Positions 40,574-48,849 of a stretch of DNA of 64,000 bases are shown one piece after another (the stretch's first letter is position 1; every line of letters starts with the position of its first letter). This DNA comes from a bacterium. Its GTDB lineage: Bacteria; Margulisbacteria; Marinamargulisbacteria; GCA-2716485; JAYNIM01. Position numbers and translations under genes: made by a program. The notes under the pieces were generated by a model. It did no database searches and had not been told where the DNA came from. It was given only the letters and a program-made list of their open reading frames with translations. The stretch lies in contig JAYNIM010000008.1 of assembly GCA_038109055.1 (NCBI GenBank), positions 30,866-94,865 of the forward strand, read 5' to 3'.

Positions 40574-41031
40574 TGTCCAAGCAGCCGTCGTCAAGTTTAG
40601 TCCAAAATCGACGGGCATTTCATCATTACAGCTTTGAACAACGGATAGAAGCCGGAGTAGTTTTGGTTGGTTGCGAAGTCAAATCAATTCGTCAAGGGCA
40701 AGCCAATTTACAAGAAAGCTATGCGAGTTTTAAGGAAGGGGAACTATGGCTACATAATTGCCATATTAATCCCTTTAAAGAGGGCAATCGCTTTAATCCA
40801 GAACCCATACGGCCACGTAAGTTACTGTTACATAAAAAAGAACTTCAGAAACTTGAAGTAAAGCTTTCAAGGCAGCCACTTAATTTAATTCCCTTACGTT
40901 TATACATAAGTAAAAATAAAGTGAAAATAGAACTTGGCTTAGGGAAAAGTAAAAAAATGTTCGATAAACGAAAAGCACTCAAAGAACGTAGTATAGATAA
41001 AGAAGTAAGACGTCAATTTAAGCAACGATAA
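40573..41031 (+). CDS. smpB: SsrA-binding protein
   Basis: NRRAFHHY, EAGVVLVGCEVKSIR, RPRKLLLHKKE and KKMFDKR. Confidence 0.96.
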   Translation: MSKQPSSSLVQNRRAFHHYSFEQRIEAGVVLVGCEVKSIRQGQANLQESYASFKEGELWLHNCHINPFKEGNRFNPEPIRPRKLLLHKKELQKLEVKLSRQPLNLIPLRLYISKNKVKIELGLGKSKKMFDKRKALKERSIDKEVRRQFKQR

Positions 41032-41047
41032 CACATAGAGGCACCCA

Positions 41048-41347
41048 TCAAGCCTTATGTCTGCGGTCAGATAATACCTTGCAGACATCACGTAGGTCTA
41101 AGTGTTGATTTTCTAAAAGAATCATCAGGTGGTAAAGTAAATCAGCGGCTTCATTGCATAGTTCTGTAGAATCCTGGTTTTTAGCAGCAATAATAACTTC
41201 GCCTGCTTCTTCACCGATTTTTTTAGCGATACGATCCACACCTTCATGCAACAACTTAGCTGTATAAGAACGCTCAGGTGCATCGTGCTGCCGCTGTTTA
41301 ATAAGCGCAGACAAGTCAGATAAAATAGAAAATTGATCTAAGTCCAT
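41048..41347 (-). CDS. hisE: Phosphoribosyl-ATP pyrophosphatase
   Basis: SYTAKLL, KKIGEEAGEV and EAADLLYH. Start reassigned to ATG 41347, 1 nt after the upstream stop. Confidence 0.92.
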   Translation of the reverse strand: MDLDQFSILSDLSALIKQRQHDAPERSYTAKLLHEGVDRIAKKIGEEAGEVIIAAKNQDSTELCNEAADLLYHLMILLENQHLDLRDVCKVLSDRRHKA

Positions 41348-41348
41348 A

Positions 41349-42212
41349 CTACAATTTATTAATAAATCCTGATAATGTTTTACCCAAATCATCCATGACA
41401 CCCTGAACAGCAGTTGTTCCACGATTTAAGACATTAAGGTCTAAATTAATACGGGCAATATCCACGTTCGAAGATTCAAACTGAGCACCTAAAACTTTCC
41501 CATAGCGCGCATTTGTACCAGAAATTTTAGTATCAGAATAGCCAAATCCTGTATTCTCTCCAGAAGCAGCGGTAGCTGAAAAAGACGCACCATCAGAGCT
41601 ACCAAGACCTTGTTTATTTTGAAAAGTGGTTAATGCCAAGCGATATAATGGTGTTGCAGATTCTTCAGGGTTTTCTTTGGCACGTTCATAATTTGAGGCA
41701 AGAATACCGCCATCTAAAAATCCAATATCAACAGTATCATTCAATTGAATGGGGACAAGTTCAGTACTAGTTTGTCCTTTTTCATCAATTTTATAGCCAA
41801 AAACCACTCGGCCAAACATGTCAACCATATAACCTGAGTGAGGTTGTTTACGAAAACGCCCATTGCGTGTGTACACATAAGAGATAGCCCCACCATACTG
41901 AACTTGACTAACATCAGCGATAACAAAGAACCCCTCACCATTGATAGCCGCATCAAATTGGGTTCCGGTAACAATCGATCCTTGACCAAAGTCACGCGTT
42001 ACAGCACCTAAAGAAACACTAGAACCCAAATTCACCGGGTTTTGGGATTCTGTCCCACTGGTTAAGGCACGTTCATACATAGTAGTAAACACAGGAAATG
42101 AATACTTAAAGCCAGGGGTATTGTACTGATGCGAATTGGTAATGGCCACACGCAAGGCCCCTTCCATCGCAAAATACGCATTTTTAATATTAATATATAG
42201 ATCTAACATCAA
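41349..42212 (-). CDS. Flagellar rod/hook family protein (FlgG/FlgF/short FlgE-like) with divergent termini
   Basis: NTPGFK, RDFGQGSI, DAAINGEGFF, YTRNGRF, LALTTFQNKQGL and ESSNVD. Confidence 0.88.
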   Translation of the reverse strand: MMLDLYINIKNAYFAMEGALRVAITNSHQYNTPGFKYSFPVFTTMYERALTSGTESQNPVNLGSSVSLGAVTRDFGQGSIVTGTQFDAAINGEGFFVIADVSQVQYGGAISYVYTRNGRFRKQPHSGYMVDMFGRVVFGYKIDEKGQTSTELVPIQLNDTVDIGFLDGGILASNYERAKENPEESATPLYRLALTTFQNKQGLGSSDGASFSATAASGENTGFGYSDTKISGTNARYGKVLGAQFESSNVDIARINLDLNVLNRGTTAVQGVMDDLGKTLSGFINKL

Positions 42213-43999
42213 GCAGCCTCTGAGATTTGTTTTTCCTCTAATGACAAAGATTTAAACATGGAAGGGACAATCGCTGTTGAAATCGAACTTTCTTTTTTTA
42301 AACGCGTGAGTATCTTGTGTAATTTACGAGACTCATTTTTCAAGTGAGAGACATCAGGTTGTGCCTGAGACTGAACGTATAACTTTAAATACGCATCCTG
42401 AAGTACCGGGAAAACGCGACGATTAGCCTCATCTCGAATCATTTTTAAGTCCATCTTGCTTATAGTATAACCCAAGTGAGCCAATTGTTTGAGTAATTGG
42501 GCAATTTCAGACTGAATAAACTTAAAAACATCGCCAGCCAAGTCAGGTAACAAGGCCCTTTCTTCAAAATAATGACGCAAGCGAGACAATAACGAAAAGA
42601 TAGCCGCACGTTTAGCGTGCTCAGCCAAGGTATTCCATCGCTCTTCAGAAGAGGCAGCTTTTTTATGTTTGTGAAGATCATAGCGAAGTTTGATTTGCTT
42701 AAATAAAGAGGGGGTTGTGTATAGGCTATAAAATAACTGTCGAACTTGATTATCAGGATCACTACCTTCAAACATTGTGACGGTCGTAGGAGGTGATTTT
42801 TTTTTGCGTTGCCAATCACAATCAATCAATCCCAACGAATAAGGAACCTGAAAGAGACGTAAACCATGCAAATCAAGTTTGTGATTGAGACTTTGGGCAT
42901 AAGCTTGCGCTGGAAACTGTGAATTTTGTATCAAGGCATTAAAGCGATCCATAGCTGCCGCCAAAAATTTAGGGTCTAAACTATTCAGGCGAATATCAAT
43001 TAAGACCCTATCAAGTTCACTTGCGATAAAACTCCGTAATTCCGATTTTACATCATCTCGTAAGAATTGAAGCTCAAATTCGTGACTAGGATCTTGCTTT
43101 CCACTACGTTTAATCATCTGTCGAAAGACTTCGTATTGGTTCAAGGCATCCTGAGTAATAATGCCTTTCTTCATCTCATTAGCATCATAATACATAAGCG
43201 ATTCAAGAAAATGTTGTTTTAATTGTTTTTTTAAGTTTTTAGCCATAAAGGCCTTAACCCCCTGTTCCATTCCTTGTAAAAGCTTAGGCGAAAGACCATT
43301 TTTCTCTAAGGTTGATCGAGTATGCCTTATGGATTCTTTTTGATTTTTGTTATTTTCTAAGAGTGACTTAGCGAAAAGAACACCATAGCGGTCTAACTGA
43401 GGCTGTAGGTGTTTCGCTGAGCTGAGGGAAGGTGATGTCGAAACAGTGTTTTTTCGAAGCCGATCTGCACGTTTTGATTGTTTATGAAAATCCTGGGGGG
43501 AAAGAAGGCCTAATCCAAGTTTACTCTGCTGCTCGTGTTTATGTTGGGGAGCCACACGAGTCTTAACACGCATCTTCTGTTGCATTTTTTTGGAAATATG
43601 GGGCTGATCTATAAAAGGCTGAGAGATGGTGTCTTTGCGAGAGAGATCATTGGCATGTTGTTTGAGTTGTTGCAACATGCGTTTATTAAATGTTTGAGTT
43701 TGATATTGTTGAAATTTTTCGGCTATCCCTCGTGAAAGATCAGCAATGCCTACTTTTCGGTTGAGCAAATTAAGTGCCGAAGTCGGCGCTGTAGAACTGC
43801 TTTTTTGAGGGGTCGTTTCTTTGCCTTTGTGTTGAAACTCTTCTTTAGGGCGATGTTCACTATGCTCACCGGAGGTTGAAAGAAGTCCCTCGATGTATTT
43901 AGACTGACTTTTAGCTGTTTTATCATAGCTAATAAGTGTAAGATCGCTTTCTTCAAAAATAGAGTCTGAGTGTTCAGAAATACCCGCAACATCCATCAC
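42209..43999 (-). CDS. Hypothetical basic helical protein (596 aa)
   Basis: Long ORF with ATGA overlaps at both ends; low-complexity N-terminus. Confidence 0.8.
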   Translation of the reverse strand: MMDVAGISEHSDSIFEESDLTLISYDKTAKSQSKYIEGLLSTSGEHSEHRPKEEFQHKGKETTPQKSSSTAPTSALNLLNRKVGIADLSRGIAEKFQQYQTQTFNKRMLQQLKQHANDLSRKDTISQPFIDQPHISKKMQQKMRVKTRVAPQHKHEQQSKLGLGLLSPQDFHKQSKRADRLRKNTVSTSPSLSSAKHLQPQLDRYGVLFAKSLLENNKNQKESIRHTRSTLEKNGLSPKLLQGMEQGVKAFMAKNLKKQLKQHFLESLMYYDANEMKKGIITQDALNQYEVFRQMIKRSGKQDPSHEFELQFLRDDVKSELRSFIASELDRVLIDIRLNSLDPKFLAAAMDRFNALIQNSQFPAQAYAQSLNHKLDLHGLRLFQVPYSLGLIDCDWQRKKKSPPTTVTMFEGSDPDNQVRQLFYSLYTTPSLFKQIKLRYDLHKHKKAASSEERWNTLAEHAKRAAIFSLLSRLRHYFEERALLPDLAGDVFKFIQSEIAQLLKQLAHLGYTISKMDLKMIRDEANRRVFPVLQDAYLKLYVQSQAQPDVSHLKNESRKLHKILTRLKKESSISTAIVPSMFKSLSLEEKQISEAA

Positions 44000-44199
44000 G
44001 CGGACTCCTTATACATAGAAGAAAAGGACTGTGTGCTAAGTTGAGTTTCAATCAATTGTTTGTCTTTTTCTGAATAAGGGGTTTGCAAGCGTGTTAATAA
44101 GCGTTGATAACACAACAAACGCCCATCTATTTTTTGGATATAGGCCCGAAGCTGACGAAGTTTAAGTTGCTTTTCTTTCTTTTCATTATGTATCGTCAT
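43996..44199 (-). CDS. Small basic coiled-coil protein (67 aa)
   Basis: Fills the operon gap and overlaps the next start (ATGA). Confidence 0.6.
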   Translation of the reverse strand: MTIHNEKKEKQLKLRQLRAYIQKIDGRLLCYQRLLTRLQTPYSEKDKQLIETQLSTQSFSSMYKESA

Positions 44200-44214
44200 C
44201 TGAAACTACCTGCC

Positions 44215-45036
44215 CTACAAATAGGAGCCATCCTCTTTAATATTAACGTGATGACCTGCATTTCCTTCCCACAAATTACCAATAAAGTACTCTATATTTT
44301 TACATTCATCTTCAAATTCATCTCTAATTTTTTTAGATTGAGTAATTTTTTCCTCCAATAATCGTGATTTAGTCCAATACCCGCCATCTAATTTTTGCAT
44401 TTGTTGGAGCAATTTTTGTTGTAATAGCATCATTTTTGCACGAACAGGTCGAGTAAGTTTCTTTTTACCATACAACAGTTCAGCCAATTCTAAATTGTAG
44501 ATATTTTCTGCCATAAGGTGTATGTTTTCTTCAAAAACATCTTGTTTTGCCTGCTGTTTTAAGGCGGCTAAGTCCTGGTTGTTTAAGCCAGAAAAATGCA
44601 GCATTTTATTTAAAACAGTAGATTTAAATCCGGCAAAATCCGATAAGAAATCGTTATGTGAATAATATTGTTTAAGGGTATCAAGGTAATCCTGGGTAAG
44701 TTGTTCTTTTCGTTGTTCAGGACGAGTGTCATAACCAATTAGACGCCATAAGGTATCCTGTTGAAAAAATTTTCTATCAGGGTCTTTAACAGAGACTGTT
44801 TCTTCGGAAACATGATCCTGAAGAGATAAATCAACACGATCTTCAAAGAGTTCTTTTTCTTTTTGAGCAACCTGAAAGGCTTGAACCCCCTGCTCAATCG
44901 TTTTAGTATCAGACACACGTTCTTTTTGTTTTAACAATGCCTGCTGTTTTGCTTTGATTTCCTCTTTAATCTTTTTATGTTGAGGATGCTCTTCAAAAAC
45001 AGAGGGGTCAGTGGCAAAAGCAAGAGATGGGTTCAT
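44215..45036 (-). CDS. Hypothetical coiled-coil protein (273 aa)
   Basis: ATGA overlap with the upstream gene; GAGG SD; K/E/Q-rich helices. Confidence 0.8.
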   Translation of the reverse strand: MNPSLAFATDPSVFEEHPQHKKIKEEIKAKQQALLKQKERVSDTKTIEQGVQAFQVAQKEKELFEDRVDLSLQDHVSEETVSVKDPDRKFFQQDTLWRLIGYDTRPEQRKEQLTQDYLDTLKQYYSHNDFLSDFAGFKSTVLNKMLHFSGLNNQDLAALKQQAKQDVFEENIHLMAENIYNLELAELLYGKKKLTRPVRAKMMLLQQKLLQQMQKLDGGYWTKSRLLEEKITQSKKIRDEFEDECKNIEYFIGNLWEGNAGHHVNIKEDGSYL

Positions 45037-47663
45037 TTCTTTTTACCTCGACTTCTCATCATGAGTTGTTTGATTTCCTGTTTTTTAGCACGATTGGCTT
45101 CTTTATTTTTCTTGGAAATTTCTTGCAGTTGGGCCTGTTGCTGATCTTTTTTATCCTTGTTACGTTTTTTTCGGTTTTCAGCAACCTGTTTATAGTATGC
45201 TTGGGCTGATTCTTTGTTTTTTTGCTTAACTTCTGCAATATATTCTTTTTTGACAAGCTCTTTTTTCTCTTTTTCTTCTTTCATTTGTTGATCATGTTCA
45301 TCTTTAGATAGGGAGCTATAGATAAGATTTTCAAAGTGCTTAATAAAAATAAATTCTTCGAGATCTTCTCGGAATTGATCCGTTGCGGTTTGCATGGTCT
45401 CAGTTTCAAAGTAACGGGGAGTCGCCACGTAGTCGACAGTCACACGATACATATCACTAGAGGGTTTGATAATACGTTTAGTTGCAGGGTCCCATAACCC
45501 TTGGTTGTCGACTAACACTTCGATAGGGTGTTCAACAATTTTAAGGCCCTGATGGCTCAAAACCTTGCTGTCTTCTGTCATAAACGCAGTGACCAAAGGT
45601 TCTAAGTGGGCTAATTGACGGCGAACCTGGGTATGAAAAGCAACAAGGTCTTCCGAGTTCTCACTATAAATGCGTAAGGGTTCATGTTCTTTTTTGACAT
45701 ATAGTTTGCTATTTTCATCATACTCCATCCAAGAAGCAAGTGGAGAAACGTCCATATAGAACCCCTGTTCACTTTCTTGAATATGAGGAGCCCCAGTATA
45801 TGTATCGTGTTGAGTATCAAACCCAGTCATAGACTTAAACATATCCATAAGGATACTGTAGGCCTTATGAAGGTTATCTCGTTTTTCATCAAAGGTATCC
45901 CCTTTTTGAGGCAAAGAGAGAATATCAAGAAAATGAAAGGAATCTCCATAGGCACTTTCAATTTGAATATCATAACGTTGATTTTGTTTAGACGATGAAT
46001 CTAAAAGATCAAAATTTACCTCCTTAGAACCATAAACAGCTTCTAATAAGGCATTTTTTACCAAGAGGTCGTCGTTTTGATCAGGAAAAATTGGGCGACT
46101 TAAATCAGGGAGATTAGAGGGTTGAACCGTCCCATCATTTGAAAGAATGCCTCGTTCTATTAACTTAGAAAAAATATGAGCTCCCACAACAATATCAGAG
46201 GCATCTTTATGTAAGTGACTGGTGACCACTTTGAACGACCCTTGAAGAGGAGAGACGACAACTTTATTATAATGCATCAACGCTTTAGCTAAACCTTGCT
46301 CTTTAAAGTCTAATAAAACCCCTGCATCTGTATAAGGATTGATGCTCTGGTCAAAATACTGACGGCGAAGCCACTGTTGATTATGAAAGACCATTTGTAA
46401 TGGTTGAAAGTCCAATGGGTTAACAGTCTGCCAATCAACCGTATCAAAAAATGCAGTTACCTGAGCGATAGGTCCTTCATAGAGGAAAGAATCAGAAGGC
46501 GGCTCAAGAGGACGATAGCGAGTTTTGAGAGTTTCAACACGTTGACTGATGGTCACTAACAAGGCTTCAGCTTCTTCAGTTTTGTCTGCTTGATTATATA
46601 AATAATATAAATCACCCAGAGTAGAATCATCCGGGGCTCCATCTATTTGGTACAATGCCATAGAAATTTCCTTCTCAGTTAATCGTTGTGTATCAATATC
46701 ATCTAATAGATTAGCTAGACGTTTGCTATGTATGAGCACCTGTTCAGCATTAAGATCATGAGAAGAGTCTCGGAGAGCCCCATCGATCTGAGAGATCTCG
46801 GAAACACTGCCGAAGAGGTGGCGGGTCGTTTTTTCGAGATTTTTGATATTAGAACGGTGGCGATGCAAATACGAGTAAAATTGTTCGGCGTCCCAATCTT
46901 GGAATTCACGATCAAGCAACACTTGGTGCATGTTTTCATAAATTGGGACCGTTTGACTCTTATTATCTAAATAAATATCGGGAACGTCTGTCATCTGGAC
47001 ATCTTGTTTAACAATGAGATCCAAAGAACGTTGTACATTATCATAATGTGCCTGACCTAATATATCCAAGGTATTGGTATTCTGTGCAAAGTAATAATCT
47101 TGATAAATATCTTTATTGAGATAGTCATGTAAGCGTTCACCTTTCAACGAAAAGTTTCGTTCATTAACAGGTCCATGAAGTTGGATGTCATGGGGGGATC
47201 CATAACTAATCACATCGTATTCAAATTCATAAGATGGTTTTTTAGAACTAGGGAGGGCAAATCGAGCATAAAGTTCTTTCACAAGCACATCAGGGTCTTT
47301 CCCAGCTGCCATACCTGCTTCAAATTCAGCATCAACAAGATCTTTATATTCAAAATAATTGCGATAAAAATCATAGCTTAGGCTATCCACATTTTCAAAA
47401 TTAAGTTTTTTACCAGAACGAGCCCCGTCCATAAGTTCTGCATGACGCAGTTCTTCAAAGGGAATCTGTTGAGAAATATTATTAAGGGAAGACCCCATCC
47501 AATAAATAAACGAAGACCGTTGGTCAGAGTCTGGTAACGGACCTTGAGAGGTAATCAGACGATCTTGGTAGACATCCAAGATCATAGGGAAACGATTCCC
47601 AAACTCAACATTTTTGAGTCGCCTCTGCATTTCTTGAGGGTCCCAATGATTAAAGATGGACAT
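45033..47663 (-). CDS. Hypothetical protein (876 aa), acidic Tyr-rich body with a C-terminal K/Q/E coiled coil
   Basis: Long ORF with an AGGAG SD. Confidence 0.82.
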   Translation of the reverse strand: MSIFNHWDPQEMQRRLKNVEFGNRFPMILDVYQDRLITSQGPLPDSDQRSSFIYWMGSSLNNISQQIPFEELRHAELMDGARSGKKLNFENVDSLSYDFYRNYFEYKDLVDAEFEAGMAAGKDPDVLVKELYARFALPSSKKPSYEFEYDVISYGSPHDIQLHGPVNERNFSLKGERLHDYLNKDIYQDYYFAQNTNTLDILGQAHYDNVQRSLDLIVKQDVQMTDVPDIYLDNKSQTVPIYENMHQVLLDREFQDWDAEQFYSYLHRHRSNIKNLEKTTRHLFGSVSEISQIDGALRDSSHDLNAEQVLIHSKRLANLLDDIDTQRLTEKEISMALYQIDGAPDDSTLGDLYYLYNQADKTEEAEALLVTISQRVETLKTRYRPLEPPSDSFLYEGPIAQVTAFFDTVDWQTVNPLDFQPLQMVFHNQQWLRRQYFDQSINPYTDAGVLLDFKEQGLAKALMHYNKVVVSPLQGSFKVVTSHLHKDASDIVVGAHIFSKLIERGILSNDGTVQPSNLPDLSRPIFPDQNDDLLVKNALLEAVYGSKEVNFDLLDSSSKQNQRYDIQIESAYGDSFHFLDILSLPQKGDTFDEKRDNLHKAYSILMDMFKSMTGFDTQHDTYTGAPHIQESEQGFYMDVSPLASWMEYDENSKLYVKKEHEPLRIYSENSEDLVAFHTQVRRQLAHLEPLVTAFMTEDSKVLSHQGLKIVEHPIEVLVDNQGLWDPATKRIIKPSSDMYRVTVDYVATPRYFETETMQTATDQFREDLEEFIFIKHFENLIYSSLSKDEHDQQMKEEKEKKELVKKEYIAEVKQKNKESAQAYYKQVAENRKKRNKDKKDQQQAQLQEISKKNKEANRAKKQEIKQLMMRSRGKKK

Positions 47664-47686
47664 GAGCGTCTCCTATTGTATGTATA

Positions 47687-48205
47687 TTATCCACCACTCA
47701 TACCAGCAGATAATTTCCGTTCTATTTTTAACCCCATTTCTGGTAAGCCTTCAGTAATGTTATAGGTCGTATTGATCATCTGCATAATGACATTCATTTG
47801 CATCAGGCCCCCCATACTGGACCAATCTTCGATAACACCCCAGACAGGGTGGTCAATACGACGGTCTGTGGGGTCATTAATTTCATCAATGAGATCCATC
47901 ATACTATCAAAGTAGTTTGAAACAGCTTCAGATTTTTCTTGTGCAAAATCATAATCTCTTGTAATGGCGTATTTGAAGTCAATCCATTGTGTTAAAGCAG
48001 GCGATGTAGAACCTTCATTTTCGGCATTTGTTAACTGAATTCGAAGGTCAAATTCAAAGCTATCCGGGGTACCCGTAAATGTTTCATCAAATACAACATT
48101 GACATTAAGATTAGGCTGAGAAAGCTCTGTAACAATTTCAGCCGTATGTACCTCAGCAGGTGAACTGGGAGGCGTGATAGATGTGTTTGATGGAATAAGT
48201 GCCAT
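47687..48205 (-). CDS. Hypothetical protein (172 aa) with an inner-rod/needle-like C-terminal helix
   Basis: AAGGGG SD. The C-terminal about 45 aa align without gaps to the upstream 136-aa protein. The functional label is inference. Confidence 0.7.
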   Translation of the reverse strand: MALIPSNTSITPPSSPAEVHTAEIVTELSQPNLNVNVVFDETFTGTPDSFEFDLRIQLTNAENEGSTSPALTQWIDFKYAITRDYDFAQEKSEAVSNYFDSMMDLIDEINDPTDRRIDHPVWGVIEDWSSMGGLMQMNVIMQMINTTYNITEGLPEMGLKIERKLSAGMSGG

Positions 48206-48218
48206 AATAAAACCCCTT

Positions 48219-48245
48219 CAAGGCTGCGAGAGTTACGCAGCCTTG
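48219..48245 (-). other. Intercistronic stem-loop
   Basis: Perfect 10-bp stem CAAGGCTGCG/CGCAGCCTTG with a 7-nt loop and no immediate U-tract on the minus strand. Confidence 0.8.
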
Positions 48246-48257
48246 TAATTAAATAAT

Positions 48258-48668
48258 TTATCTTCCTTTCGCAGCAGTACCAATCTCGCCAGCAATTGAA
48301 GTTGCCTTCGATGTCGTTGCCTCGATAATACCTTTCTTAACTTGAAATTTCATATTGATTTCTTGCAAGGTAACACTTGTTTCCAAGAGTCCACCCATTG
48401 TACTTGTATTTGAACTAGCTGCCGAAGTACCTTGGGCAGTACCAGTACCAGCATTTTGATTGGTCCAAGCCGCAATTTCAAAAGAAACCGCCTTTGTCCA
48501 CTCATCCCCTGTCGCTCTGGCTTCACCTTTAATTTCTTCGTAGTTAGCCAGACTTGTAACCTGGTCTTGACCGTTTACAATGAAATTTTGGTTAAATGAC
48601 TGATCTAATTCGCCTCCCGCATCACCAAAAAGAATTTCATCCATATTTTGTCCAAAATATTCAGCCAT
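48258..48668 (-). CDS. Hypothetical protein (136 aa), filament/needle-subunit-like
   Basis: Perfect AGGAGG SD. G/A/T/S/N-rich and lacking Cys, His and Pro. The functional label is inference. Confidence 0.75.
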   Translation of the reverse strand: MAEYFGQNMDEILFGDAGGELDQSFNQNFIVNGQDQVTSLANYEEIKGEARATGDEWTKAVSFEIAAWTNQNAGTGTAQGTSAASSNTSTMGGLLETSVTLQEINMKFQVKKGIIEATTSKATSIAGEIGTAAKGR

Positions 48669-48731
48669 AAAAAACCTCCTGTATTAATGTAGTCATAATA
48701 ATCCTCCTCATAAATGTTGTTCTCATATAAG

Positions 48732-48759
48732 GAATCGATATATTTAGAAAATAAATTGC
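48732..48759 (-). promoter_or_regulatory. Putative sigma28-like promoter of the orphan operon
   Basis: GCAA-N16-ATCGATTC, with the inverted repeat ATTGAAT-N2-ATTCAAT (48760-48775) immediately upstream. Confidence 0.4.
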
Positions 48760-48849
48760 ATTGAATTTATTCAATTTTAAAAAGACAGGGATTAAACAGA
48801 ATAAAAAGGGGGCTTTTTATGGCAGATACGTAGGTGAAGGAGCCGTAAA

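Noticed and set aside
41348..41422. ORF-track N-terminal extensions of hisE (also ribD to 50094 and the ftsB-like ORF to 53844)
   Set aside because: They overlap upstream genes extensively; downstream ATGs fit the family lengths better.
41349..42212. Assigning flgE, flgF or flgG, or calling a standard flagellar operon
   Set aside because: The subfamily cannot be resolved by eye and no other flagellar genes are adjacent.
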